A stretch of DNA of 64,000 bases. Origin: Myxococcota bacterium (GTDB lineage: Bacteria > Myxococcota_A > UBA796 > CAJQPC01). The notes under the pieces are model-generated. The model was not told the DNA's origin, ran no database searches, and saw only the letters and a program-made list of their open reading frames with translations. The stretch lies in assembly GCA_036012755.1 (NCBI GenBank), contig DASCPX010000107.1, positions 1-64,000 on the forward strand, in the 5' to 3' direction. How positions within the stretch are numbered: the first letter of the stretch is position 1; every line of letters starts with the position of its first letter. Below, piece after piece: positions 1 through 9,453 of this stretch. Made by a program: the position numbers and the translations under genes.

Positions 1-257
1 TGCTTGTCGCCGAAGAGCCTGCCGAGCCAGCCCTTCGGGTGGAGGCCGACGCGCTTTCCCAGGTGGTAGACGATCAGGTCGCCCGTGAGCACGCCGATGT
101 ACCCGACGATCCACGCGTCCACCCACGAGGCCGGTCCGGTCCGGGCCAGGACACCCGCGACGGCCAGGGAGACGTCCTCTGGAATCGGCAGCCCCACTGC
201 GGTCAGCACGAGGGCGATGAAGACCGCGACGAGCCCGTACTCGAGGAGGGTGTCCAT
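1..257 (-). CDS. DedA family membrane protein (5' part; runs off window start)
   Basis: Manual translation MDTLLEYGLVAVFIALVLTAVGLPIPEDVSLAVAG...GDLIVYHLGK; GLPIPED and GD-x3-Y-x-LG are DedA hallmarks. Not in ORF track because truncated. Confidence 0.85.
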   Translation of the reverse strand, partial: MDTLLEYGLVAVFIALVLTAVGLPIPEDVSLAVAGVLARTGPASWVDAWIVGYIGVLTGDLIVYHLGKRVGLHPKGWLGRLFGDK

Positions 258-287
258 GATCCGCGCCCCTGATACCTGCTCACGCGC

Positions 288-764
288 ATGAAGCAAGCAA
301 CTGCGGCCTTTGACCTCCCTGGACCGGAGCACACGCGACGCCTCGGCGCGTTGTTGGGGTCGACGGCCTCGGAGGGAGCGACCCTGGCTCTCGACGGCGA
401 GCTCGGAGCAGGCAAGACCACCTTGACCCAGGGGCTCGGCGCCGCGCTCGGAGTCGAGGGTCCAGTGACCAGCCCGACTTTTCAGCTGCTGTTCGTCCAC
501 GAGGGACGCCTGAGGCTGTTCCACGCGGACCTCTACCGACTCGGCGACGCCTCGGAGCTCACCGAGCTGGGCTTCGACGAGGTCCTCGGCACCTCTGGTG
601 TCTCGGTGATCGAGTGGGCCGGGCGCTTTCCCGATGTGCTCCCAGGTGATTACCTGCAGCTGACGCTGACCTACGAGGGGGATGGACGATGCGCGCACGC
701 AGAGGCACGAGGAGCCTGCTCGAGCGGCTGGCTGGAGCGGACGCAGGCGGGCTGGGACCGGTAG
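288..764 (+). CDS. tsaE: tRNA threonylcarbamoyladenosine biosynthesis ATPase TsaE
   Basis: LDGELGAGKTTL Walker A, VTSPTF, HADLYRL, IEWA motifs. Confidence 0.95.
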   Translation: MKQATAAFDLPGPEHTRRLGALLGSTASEGATLALDGELGAGKTTLTQGLGAALGVEGPVTSPTFQLLFVHEGRLRLFHADLYRLGDASELTELGFDEVLGTSGVSVIEWAGRFPDVLPGDYLQLTLTYEGDGRCAHAEARGACSSGWLERTQAGWDR

Positions 765-1048
765 CGGTCGTCGCCTGCCTGGGGCTCGCGCTCCTGGCCA
801 CGACCCTGGGCGTGGAGAGCGTCGGCTCCCTGGACCCGAAGGGCCACGAGCTCGCGGTGCTCGGAACGATCGACGTGAACACGGCCACGGTCGATGAGCT
901 CCAGGCCCTGCCTGGAATCGGTCCCAGTCTCGCCGGGCGCATGGTCGAGGCCCGTCCTTTCGATGAGGTGGCGGACCTCGAGCGCGTCGTCGGGATCGGT
1001 CCCGTCACGCGCGCCAGGCTCTCTCCCTTCGTGGTGGTCGCGCGTTAG
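689..1048 (+). CDS. ComEA-family helix-hairpin-helix DNA-binding protein (true start uncertain, probably near 750)
   Basis: IDVNTATVDELQALPGIGPSLA...RPF...DLERVVGIG double HhH after an N-terminal hydrophobic stretch. Confidence 0.85.
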   Translation: MRARRGTRSLLERLAGADAGGLGPVAVVACLGLALLATTLGVESVGSLDPKGHELAVLGTIDVNTATVDELQALPGIGPSLAGRMVEARPFDEVADLERVVGIGPVTRARLSPFVVVAR

Positions 1049-1059
1049 TACCCGGGGTC

Positions 1060-2133
1060 TTGATCTACCTCGACCACAACGCGACCTCGCCACCGCACCC
1101 CCAGGTGCTCGGCGAGGCTCTGCCCCTGCTCACCGAGCACTGGGGCAACCCGAGTTCGTCGCACTCGCTGTCGCGCAGGCCCATCGAAGCCGTCGAGCGT
1201 GCTCGCCAGCGCCTGGCCACGTGGGCCGGCTGCCTGCCGAAGGAGGTGGTCTTCACGAGCGGGGCGACAGAGGCCAACCACCTCGCCCTGCGCGGCATCG
1301 ACAGGCCAGGGCGCCCCTTGTTCTCGGCGGTGGAGCACCCCTCCGTGCGAGCTCCGGCAGAGGCCCTCGGAGGCGAGGTCCTTCCTGTCGACCGCCGGGG
1401 AGCGCTGGACCTCGCCGCGCTGGAGCGACAGCTCACCGAGCGGACCTCGCTCGTGAGCGTGATGGCAGCCAACAACGAGACCGGGGTGCTCCAGGACCTC
1501 GACAGCGTCGCCGAGGTGGTCCACGCCGCCGGCGCGCTGTTGCACGTGGACGCGGCCCAGGTCGTCGGTCGCCTGCCTGCGCCGAGCTGCTGGGACCTGC
1601 TGACGGTCACCGGCCACAAGTCCGGAGGCATCAAGGGTGGGGGTGCCCTCTGCATTCGCGAGGGGCTGAAGGTCGAGGCCCAGACCCTCGGCGGGGGCCA
1701 GGAGCGCGGGCGCCGGAGCGGCACCGTGAACCCAGCGCCGCTGGTGTCTCTCGGGGTCGTCGCCACGCTCGTCCATGGACCCGAGATCCGCGCCATGCGC
1801 GACCGCCTCCAGTCGGCTTGCGTCGAGCTCGGTGGTGTCGTCACGGCGGCTGGTGCGCGGCGCCTGTCCAACACGCTGAACGTGCGCTTCCCGGGCGTCT
1901 CGGGGGAGCTCGTCGTCATGGGGATGGACCTGGAGGGCATCTGTCTGTCCGCCGGCTCCGCCTGTCACTCCGGCGCCGCGACCGCCAGCGAGGTGCTCCG
2001 GGCCATGGGCATCGAGACAGCGGACATCGTGCGCCTCAGCCTCGGGTGGAGCACCACGGAGGCAGACATCGACACGGCCATCGTCACCCTCGAGCGTGTC
2101 CTCGGGCGCATCCGTGCACAGGGTGTGGCATGA
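1060..2133 (+). CDS. iscS: Cysteine desulfurase (IscS/NifS family)
   Basis: IYLDHNAT, FTSGATEAN, HVDAAQ, GHK (PLP lysine), SAGSAC catalytic Cys; TTG start. Confidence 0.92.
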   Translation: MIYLDHNATSPPHPQVLGEALPLLTEHWGNPSSSHSLSRRPIEAVERARQRLATWAGCLPKEVVFTSGATEANHLALRGIDRPGRPLFSAVEHPSVRAPAEALGGEVLPVDRRGALDLAALERQLTERTSLVSVMAANNETGVLQDLDSVAEVVHAAGALLHVDAAQVVGRLPAPSCWDLLTVTGHKSGGIKGGGALCIREGLKVEAQTLGGGQERGRRSGTVNPAPLVSLGVVATLVHGPEIRAMRDRLQSACVELGGVVTAAGARRLSNTLNVRFPGVSGELVVMGMDLEGICLSAGSACHSGAATASEVLRAMGIETADIVRLSLGWSTTEADIDTAIVTLERVLGRIRAQGVA

Positions 2134-3179
2134 GGGTCGTGGTTGCCATGAGCGGGGGAGTCGACAGCTCCACCACCGCGGCGCTCCTGCAGGAGCAGGG
2201 GCACGAGGTGGTGGGCGTCCACATGAGGCTGCACGACGCGTCCTCGGGCCGGCCGGGGCTCTGCTGCGGCCTGGATGATGCCCTCGACGCCCGGTCCGTC
2301 GCCGACCGGCTCGGCATCGCCTTCCACGTCATGGACCTCCGCCGGGCTTTCCAGGAGGCGGTGATCGACGACCTCGCCCAGACCTACCTCGAGGGCGGGA
2401 CGCCGAACCCCTGCGTGCGGTGCAACGGGGTGCTGAAGTTCCGCGTGCTCCTCTCCAGGGCGCTCGCTCTCGGCGCAGAGGCCCTCGCCACTGGCCACTA
2501 TGCGCGCGTGCTCGAGGGGAGGCTCCACAGGGCGCTGGACGAGGACAAGGACCAGTCCTACTTCCTGTTCCCCATCGAGCCGGAGGCCCTGGAGCGTACG
2601 CTCTTCCCGCTCGGGGATCTGCCCAAGGACCAGGTGCGGGAGCTGGCCCGGCGCTTTGGCCTGGTCACGGCGGACAAGGCCGAGTCCCAGGAGATCTGCT
2701 TCATCCCGGAGGGCGACCACGCCCAGTTCATCGCCGAGCAGCGCCCGGGGGTCAAAGGGAGCGGGGACATCGTCGACCTCGACGGTCGAGTGCTCGGTCG
2801 CCACGACGGCTACTGGCGGTACACCGTCGGCCAGAGACGCGGGCTGCGGGTCGCGCTCGGAGTGCCGGTCTACGTCGAGCGCGTCGAGCCCGACACCCAC
2901 CGCGTCGTCGTCGCGGCGCAGGACCATCTCTGGCACCACGCGCTCCAGGCGGGCGACTGGACCTGGCAGGAGCGCCCGGAGGAGGGCGCGTCGGTCCACG
3001 CTCGCATCCGTCACCGCGGGGCGCTCGTGCCCTGTCACCTGGAGGGAGACATCGTCTGCTTTCACGAGCCCGCCTGGGCTGTCGCTCCGGGCCAGGCCGT
3101 CGTGCTCTACTCGGGTGACCGGGTGCTGGGGGGCGGCTGGATTCGTCGGGTCGTTCGCGACTCCAGGGGCGCAGCATGA
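2130..3179 (+). CDS. mnmA: tRNA-specific 2-thiouridylase MnmA
   Basis: MRVVVAMSGGVDS, TPNPCVRCN, ATGHYAR, KDQSYFL, ESQEICF, TVGQRRG, PGQ; ATGA overlap with iscS stop. Confidence 0.96.
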   Translation: MRVVVAMSGGVDSSTTAALLQEQGHEVVGVHMRLHDASSGRPGLCCGLDDALDARSVADRLGIAFHVMDLRRAFQEAVIDDLAQTYLEGGTPNPCVRCNGVLKFRVLLSRALALGAEALATGHYARVLEGRLHRALDEDKDQSYFLFPIEPEALERTLFPLGDLPKDQVRELARRFGLVTADKAESQEICFIPEGDHAQFIAEQRPGVKGSGDIVDLDGRVLGRHDGYWRYTVGQRRGLRVALGVPVYVERVEPDTHRVVVAAQDHLWHHALQAGDWTWQERPEEGASVHARIRHRGALVPCHLEGDIVCFHEPAWAVAPGQAVVLYSGDRVLGGGWIRRVVRDSRGAA

Positions 3180-3862
3180 CCCCGGAGACACTCCAGGAGC
3201 GCGTCGGCGTCCAGTTCAAGGACACCGTGCTGCTGCACCAGGCCCTGACGCACCGCTCCTTCTCGGAGGAGACCGGAGGGCTGAACAACGAGCGCCTCGA
3301 GTTCCTCGGCGACGCCGTGCTGGAGCTGACCGTGACGGAGATGCTCTTCCGGCGGGTCCCCGAGGCCACGGAGGGCCAGCTCTCCCGGATCCGGGCTCAC
3401 CTCGTCCAGACACGACGCCTGGCGGAGGTCGGCCGCAGCTGGGGAATCGGCGAGGCGCTCTCGCTCGGTCGGGGCGAGCTCCGGAGCGGAGGGCGGGACA
3501 AGGACTCCCTGCTCGCGGACGCTGTCGAAGCCCTCGTCGGCGCCCTCTACCTCGACCAGGGTCTCGGCCCGGTCTCCGAAGTGGTCGAGCGCAGCTTCGA
3601 GCCCTGGGTCAGCGAGATCGACGACCCCTCCGTCTACGGCGTGGACCCGAAGAGCCAGCTCCAGGAGCTCACGATGGCGCGGTGGCGCCTGCTCCCGAAG
3701 TACGAGCTCCTGCACACGGACGGCCCTGCCCACGCCAAGAGCTACAGCGTGCGCGTGCTCGTCGGCGACAAGGTCGAGGCCGAGGGCACTGGGAGCAGCA
3801 AGCGCAAGGCCCAGCGGGCCGCAGCCCGGATGGCACTCCTGAAGATCGAGGGGGTGCTGTGA
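3176..3862 (+). CDS. rnc: Ribonuclease III
   Basis: ALTHRS, NERLEFLGDAVL, ADAVEALVGALYLD, C-terminal dsRBD (DPKSQLQE). Confidence 0.97.
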   Translation: MTPETLQERVGVQFKDTVLLHQALTHRSFSEETGGLNNERLEFLGDAVLELTVTEMLFRRVPEATEGQLSRIRAHLVQTRRLAEVGRSWGIGEALSLGRGELRSGGRDKDSLLADAVEALVGALYLDQGLGPVSEVVERSFEPWVSEIDDPSVYGVDPKSQLQELTMARWRLLPKYELLHTDGPAHAKSYSVRVLVGDKVEAEGTGSSKRKAQRAAARMALLKIEGVL

Positions 3863-4794
3863 GCGCTCCCTTCCGCTGCGGCTACGTCGCCATCGTCGGA
3901 CGTCCGAACGCCGGCAAGTCGACCTTGCTCAACACGGTGCTGGGCCAGAAGGTGAGCATCACCTCGAAGAAGGCCCAGACGACGCGAAACCGCGTCATCG
4001 GCATCCTCAACCGCGAGGGCTCCCAGGTCGTGCTCGTCGACACGCCGGGACACCACGAGGCCTGGTCGCGCATCAACAAGGCCATGGTGCGCGAGGTCGA
4101 CGCGGCCCTCGCAGAGGTCGACGCCGTGCTGTTGCTCGTGGACCTCGTCCCCGCGGTGAAGGCCGCCAGGGCAGGGAAGTCGGTGCTCTCGAAGGGAGAC
4201 GAGGTGCTGCTCGAGCGCTGCGCCGCGACCAGGCGTCCGGTGATCCTCGGGCTCAACAAGATCGATCTCATCGAGCGAGAGTGGGCGCTCCCGGTGCTTC
4301 AGAAGTGGTCGGAGTGCCACGACTTCCAGGCGCTGATCCCGCTGTCCGCCCTCGACGGTGACAACGCCGAGGAGATCGTCGGCCAGCTCATCGCCGTGCT
4401 GCCGGAGCACCCGCCGATGTTCCCGATCGACCAGCTGATGGACACCACGGAGCGCTTCGTCGTCTCCGAGATCATCCGCGAGAAGCTCTTCCACAACCTG
4501 GACCAGGAGCTGCCCTACTCGGTCGCGGTGACGGTGGAGCGCTTCGACGAGTCAGAGCGGGACACCCCCCAGAAGCGCGTCAACATCCTCGCGACCATCC
4601 TCGTCGAGCGGCCCTCGCAGAAGGGGATCGTCATCGGCAAGGGCGGCTCGATGCTCAAGCGTGTCGGGACCCAGGCCCGCCGCGAACTCAACCGCATCCT
4701 CGACGCCCGCGTCCACCTGGAGCTGCACGTCCGCGTCCAGAAGGACTGGACCAGCTCGGCCCGGGTGCTCAAGGACCTCGGGCTGGAATCATGA
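3859..4794 (+). CDS. era: GTPase Era
   Basis: GRPNAGKSTL, QTTR, DTPG, NKID, ELPYS, KH motif VIGKGG; GTGA overlap with rnc. Confidence 0.96.
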   Translation: MSAPFRCGYVAIVGRPNAGKSTLLNTVLGQKVSITSKKAQTTRNRVIGILNREGSQVVLVDTPGHHEAWSRINKAMVREVDAALAEVDAVLLLVDLVPAVKAARAGKSVLSKGDEVLLERCAATRRPVILGLNKIDLIEREWALPVLQKWSECHDFQALIPLSALDGDNAEEIVGQLIAVLPEHPPMFPIDQLMDTTERFVVSEIIREKLFHNLDQELPYSVAVTVERFDESERDTPQKRVNILATILVERPSQKGIVIGKGGSMLKRVGTQARRELNRILDARVHLELHVRVQKDWTSSARVLKDLGLES

Positions 4795-6134
4795 GCCTCC
4801 CTGTCGTCGCCGTCGTCGGCCGGCCCAACGTCGGCAAGTCCACCCTCGTGAACCGCCTGGTCGGCGAGCGGGTCGCCATCGTTCACGACACCCCCGGGAT
4901 CACCCGGGATCGGCACTACGCCACCTGCAGTCGCTACACGGACCAGGAGATCCTCGTCGTCGACACCGGCGGACTCGAGCCCCACTTGGACGATGACCTC
5001 TTCAAGTCCATGCGAAGCCAGGCGCTGATCGCCGTCGACGAAGCGGACGCCGTGATCTTCCTCGTCGACTCCAGGGCTGGCATGACCCCCATGGACGCAG
5101 AGGTCGCGAGGCTCCTGCGCGCCTCTGACCGCCCGGTCGTCTGCGCGGTGAACAAGGTCGAAGGCGACGAGCAACAAGCCGCCGCCTACGAGTTCTACGC
5201 TCTCGGCATCGAGCCGCTGTTCCTCATCTCCGCCGAGCACGGGGGCGGGGTCGGCGAGCTGATGGAGCACATCGAGGGCATGCTGCCACCGCCTTCGGAA
5301 GAGGACGTCAGCGACGACAGCGAGCTGCGCATCGCCATCATCGGGCGCCCCAACATCGGCAAGTCGACGCTGGTCAACCGCATGATCGGCGAAGAGCGTC
5401 ACGTCGTCCACGACATGCCTGGCACGACGATGGACCCGGTCGACTCGGTGCTGGTTGTCGGGGAGCGGACCTATCGCCTGGTCGACACGGCGGGGGTCCG
5501 ACGCCGGGCGCGGGTGGACACCCAGTTCGAGGGCTTCGCGGTCAGCAAGTCGATTCGCAGCGTCGAGCGCTGCCACGTCTCGCTCTTGATGATCGACGGC
5601 GCAGAGGGCATCACGGAGCAGGACGCGCGGTTGGCTGCCCTCGTGATCGCGCGGGGTCGAGCCCTTGTCCTGCTCATCAACAAGTGGGACCAGGTCCGCG
5701 AGGATCCCGAGCGCGACATCAAGGTCGTCGAGAATGAGCTCTGGCGCCGCATGCCCCACACGACCTGGGCCCCCGTGCTCTACATCTCGGCGCTGACCGG
5801 GAAGGGGACCCACAAGATCCTGGAGATCGTCGAGTCCGTCTACGAGCAGTTCGACACCCGCGTCAGCACCAGCGAGTGCAACCGGTTCCTCGCGGCGGCC
5901 ATCGAGAACCACTCTGTGCCGCAGCGCTACCACCGACCCGTCCGGCTGAACTACATGACCCAGGTTCGGGTCAGGCCGCCCAGCTTCGTCATCTGGTCCA
6001 ACACGCCAGAGGGCGTCGACGCGACCTACAAGCGCTACCTCATCAACCGCATGCGGGACGTCTGGGGCCTTCGAGGCACGCCGATCCGCCTGAACTTCCG
6101 CAAGAAGCGCCGACCTTGGGACGAGCCCGAGTAG
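4791..6134 (+). CDS. der: Ribosome biogenesis GTPase Der (EngA)
   Basis: Two tandem G domains (GRPNVGKSTL, GRPNIGKSTL) and C-terminal KH-like domain. Confidence 0.97.
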   Translation: MSLPVVAVVGRPNVGKSTLVNRLVGERVAIVHDTPGITRDRHYATCSRYTDQEILVVDTGGLEPHLDDDLFKSMRSQALIAVDEADAVIFLVDSRAGMTPMDAEVARLLRASDRPVVCAVNKVEGDEQQAAAYEFYALGIEPLFLISAEHGGGVGELMEHIEGMLPPPSEEDVSDDSELRIAIIGRPNIGKSTLVNRMIGEERHVVHDMPGTTMDPVDSVLVVGERTYRLVDTAGVRRRARVDTQFEGFAVSKSIRSVERCHVSLLMIDGAEGITEQDARLAALVIARGRALVLLINKWDQVREDPERDIKVVENELWRRMPHTTWAPVLYISALTGKGTHKILEIVESVYEQFDTRVSTSECNRFLAAAIENHSVPQRYHRPVRLNYMTQVRVRPPSFVIWSNTPEGVDATYKRYLINRMRDVWGLRGTPIRLNFRKKRRPWDEPE

Positions 6135-7865
6135 ATGGGCCGGATCCGCATCCTCGAAGACCACCTCGTCAACAAGATCGCGGCGGGCGAGGTCGTCGAG
6201 CGACCGGCGAGTGTCATCAAGGAGCTCGTCGAGAACAGCCTGGACGCGGGCGCGACGCGGGTAGAGCTGCGCTTGAAGAGTGGCGGGCGGCAGCTCATCG
6301 AGATCGTCGACGACGGCCGTGGCATGGACGGTCAGGACCTGCTGATGTGCATCGAGCGCCACGGCACTTCCAAGATCCGCACGGAGCAGGACCTCTTCGC
6401 GGTGAGCACCCTCGGCTTCCGCGGCGAGGCCATCCCGAGCATCGCCAGCGTCTCGCGCATGGAGATCGCCTCGCGCTGCGAAGGGGACGAGGTCGGTCTG
6501 CTGCTGAGCATCGACGGCGGCAAGCTGCGGCCCCCGGAGCCGGTCGCCTGTCCTGTCGGCACGCGGGTCTCGGTGCGCAAGCTCTTCTTCAACGTGCCCG
6601 TGCGCCGCAAGTTCCTACGCACCGTCCAGACCGAGCTCGGCCACTGTCTCGAGACGGTCGTGCGGCAGGCGCTGGTCCGGCCCGAGACGGACTGGACGGT
6701 CGAGCACGAAGGACGCGTGTTGGTGCGCGCCCCGCGCGTGGAGTCCCGGGCCGCCCGCGCTGCTGATCTGCTCAAGGGCCACGGCGGGGCGCTGGTGCCC
6801 GTGCAGTTCCAGTCAGGCGCGCTCGAGGTCGAGGGGCTCATCAGCCCGGTCGGCGTCCACAGGGCCTCTGCCCGGGGCAGCCAGTACCTCTACGTCAACG
6901 GGCGCTTCGTTCGCGACGCCACGCTGCGCCGAGCCATCCGCGAGGCCTACCGGGCGATCGTGCCAAAGGGCCGTCACCCGGTCGTCGTGCTCGAGGTCCG
7001 CGTCCCCTCAGAGGACGTCGACGTCAACATGCACCCCACCAAGACAGAGGTCCGCTTTCGCTTCCAGCGCGACCTGTTCTCCGTGGTCTCAGAGGGCCTC
7101 CGCGACGCACTTCGGAGCCACGGAATCCGCCGGCCGGTGGCTGATGAGAAGCGCTACAAGCCCCGGTGGACTCCGCCTCCGCAGGTCTCGGAGCCCCTGC
7201 CGCTGCCCACGCCGGGGCCGGGGTCGGACCCTCCTGCTCCCCCGCCTGACGCGACCCTGGTGACGGGACCCCTGCTCCCTGTCGAGCGCTTCGGTGACCT
7301 GAGGGTGATCGGCCAGTTCGCCGACACCTACATCCTCTGCGACGGCGGTGGCGAGCTCGTCGTGATCGACCAGCACGCCGCCCACGAGCGCGTCACCCTC
7401 TACCGTTTCCAGCGGCAGCGGAGCGAGCGCCTCGGCTCGGCCCAGCGGCTGCTCACTCCCGTGATCGTCGAGCTCCCAGCAGATCGGGCGGCGGCCTTCG
7501 CCCAGGAGCTCGATGCCCTCCGCGAGATCCAGCTCGAGGTCGAGGACTACGGAGGAGGCAGCTTCGCAGTCCTCGCCGTCCCGCCCGGGCTCGCCGACGA
7601 GGACATCTCGGCGGTGCTCACCGACGTGGCCGACGACCTCGCCCAGGGCGGGCGTGGCCTCCAGGGGAGGGACCTGGGCGACCACGTGCTCGCGACCATG
7701 GCCTGCCACAACTCGATCCGGGCCAATCGCCGCCTGTCGCTGTACGAGATGCGCGAGCTGCTCAAGGCCCTCGACGGCGTCGACTTCTCGGTCTGCGCTC
7801 ACGGGCGGCCTGTCGTCATCCGCCTCGACCAGAGCGAGCTCGAGCTCCGCTTCCACCGAGCGTGA
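6135..7865 (+). CDS. mutL: DNA mismatch repair endonuclease MutL
   Basis: IAAGEVVERPASVIKELVENSLDAG, GFRGEA, DVNMHPTK, endonuclease motifs DQHAAHER, ACH, CAHGRP. Confidence 0.97.
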   Translation: MGRIRILEDHLVNKIAAGEVVERPASVIKELVENSLDAGATRVELRLKSGGRQLIEIVDDGRGMDGQDLLMCIERHGTSKIRTEQDLFAVSTLGFRGEAIPSIASVSRMEIASRCEGDEVGLLLSIDGGKLRPPEPVACPVGTRVSVRKLFFNVPVRRKFLRTVQTELGHCLETVVRQALVRPETDWTVEHEGRVLVRAPRVESRAARAADLLKGHGGALVPVQFQSGALEVEGLISPVGVHRASARGSQYLYVNGRFVRDATLRRAIREAYRAIVPKGRHPVVVLEVRVPSEDVDVNMHPTKTEVRFRFQRDLFSVVSEGLRDALRSHGIRRPVADEKRYKPRWTPPPQVSEPLPLPTPGPGSDPPAPPPDATLVTGPLLPVERFGDLRVIGQFADTYILCDGGGELVVIDQHAAHERVTLYRFQRQRSERLGSAQRLLTPVIVELPADRAAAFAQELDALREIQLEVEDYGGGSFAVLAVPPGLADEDISAVLTDVADDLAQGGRGLQGRDLGDHVLATMACHNSIRANRRLSLYEMRELLKALDGVDFSVCAHGRPVVIRLDQSELELRFHRA

Positions 7866-8731
7866 TCCTCGTCGTCGGCGGGCCGACCGCCACCGGCAAG
7901 ACCGCGGCGGCCATCGAGGTCGCGAGGCGCTTCGATGTCGAGCTCGTCAGCGCCGACGCGATGCAGGTCTACCGGGGCCTCGACGTCGGGACGGCGAAGC
8001 CCGAGCCGGCGGTCCTCGCCGAGTTCCCACACCACGGCATCGACATCCGAGAGCCACACGAGCACTTCGACGCCGCCGACTTCGCCGCGATGGTGGACGC
8101 GCTGGTCGGAAGGGACCTGGTCGTCGCCGGAGGTACGGGTTTCTACCTTCGCGCCCTGCTGGTGGGACTCGCGCCGACTCCGGAGCCGGACCCCGAGCTT
8201 CGGGCGGAGATCGCGCTGCTGGGGGATCCCCACGCCCTGCTCTCGGAGCTGGACCCGGTCCTCGCCGAGCGCCTCCACCCCAACGACCGGGTCCGCGTCT
8301 CGCGGGGCATCGAGGTCTTCCGACAGACCGGTCGGCGGCTCTCGGACATCCAGGCCGAGCACGCCTTCGACACCCCTCGATGCGCCAGCGTCCGCCTGCA
8401 CCTGGACCGGGACGATCTAGCCGGGCGCATCGATGCGCGGGTCCTGTCCATGATGGAGCGCGGGTACCTGGAGGAGGTGAGGGGGCTCCTCGCCGCGGGC
8501 GTCCCCCCGGAGTGCAAGCCGATGCGCTCGCTCGGCTATCGCTGGCTCACCGCCCACTGCCGTGGCGAGATCGATCGGGACGAGGCCATACGGCGCACCC
8601 AGCGCGACACACGCCGGCTGGCAAGGAAGCAGCGCACGATGTTGCGCAGCATCGGCGGCTTCGAGGTCATTGGCGGAGACGACATGGACGCGGTGCTGGG
8701 GGCCGCAGAGAGGGCCTTTTCAGGTCGCTGA
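7862..8731 (+). CDS. miaA: tRNA dimethylallyltransferase
   Basis: GPTATGKT, SADAMQVYRGLDVGTAK, GGTGFY, HPND; follows mutL. Confidence 0.96.
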   Translation: MILVVGGPTATGKTAAAIEVARRFDVELVSADAMQVYRGLDVGTAKPEPAVLAEFPHHGIDIREPHEHFDAADFAAMVDALVGRDLVVAGGTGFYLRALLVGLAPTPEPDPELRAEIALLGDPHALLSELDPVLAERLHPNDRVRVSRGIEVFRQTGRRLSDIQAEHAFDTPRCASVRLHLDRDDLAGRIDARVLSMMERGYLEEVRGLLAAGVPPECKPMRSLGYRWLTAHCRGEIDRDEAIRRTQRDTRRLARKQRTMLRSIGGFEVIGGDDMDAVLGAAERAFSGR

Positions 8732-8830
8732 CGGTGTCACCGCAGTTTCATCGTGAAGATTGTCGTTCGCATTTGCGTTCAACCAGGTGTCTGTATTCGT
8801 GAAAGGTCAGCAGGGAGCCCGGAGGAAAGC

Positions 8831-9433
8831 ATGAGCATGCGCGCCACCGTCACCCCGGCCCTCATCGCCATCCTGGCCACCGTGGGGCTCGGCAGCTGCG
8901 CTCCCATCGACCGCGACGAGGCCTTCGAGGTCCAGGAGCGCATCGAGCGGGTCGTGATTCGCGTCGACCACGGTGACCTCGTAGTTCTGGGCACGGATAG
9001 GGACACCGTCAGCGTCGAGCGGACGGTCCAGGGTTGGCAGGGCAGCCTCGACATGGAGACCCGTGTCGACGATGGGACCCTGACGATTCGCGCGGGCTGC
9101 GATGGCCCCCTTCGTTGCCGCATCGACTCCGTCGTCGAGGTTCCTCGCGACGTCGAGTTGTCCATCGTCGTCGGCGCTGGAGAGATCGAGCTGGTCGGAC
9201 TCTCTGGCGTCGTCGACATCTCCCTTCGAGATGGCGACCTGAGCGCGCGTGGCCTGGAGTCGTCGGAGCTGGCCGCTTCGCTCGCCGCCGGTGACGTCGA
9301 CCTCGAGCTCGAGACGATGCCCGAGCACCTCTCCATCGCTGTCGGGTCCGGCGACGTCCGCGTCTCCGGCGCCACCGGCGACCTCGACCTGGCAGACCTT
9401 TCGGTCGCCAGCGGTGACATCGAGGTCCACTGA
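8831..9433 (+). CDS. DUF4097-like beta-strand repeat lipoprotein
   Basis: GGAGG RBS, canonical lipoprotein signal (LGSC), repeated G[DE][ILV]x[LV] beta-solenoid units. Confidence 0.7.
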   Translation: MSMRATVTPALIAILATVGLGSCAPIDRDEAFEVQERIERVVIRVDHGDLVVLGTDRDTVSVERTVQGWQGSLDMETRVDDGTLTIRAGCDGPLRCRIDSVVEVPRDVELSIVVGAGEIELVGLSGVVDISLRDGDLSARGLESSELAASLAAGDVDLELETMPEHLSIAVGSGDVRVSGATGDLDLADLSVASGDIEVH

Positions 9434-9453
9434 GGTGTGTTAGATGGGCTCCC

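Noticed and set aside
894..4794. Very long ORFs 894..3179 and 2500..4794 suggesting N-terminal fusions to MnmA and Era (likewise 15729.. for MutS and 52182..53309 for the sigma)
   Set aside because: The extensions are Arg/Pro/Gly-rich off-frame read-through over real upstream genes; better starts exist at stop/start junctions or after an RBS.
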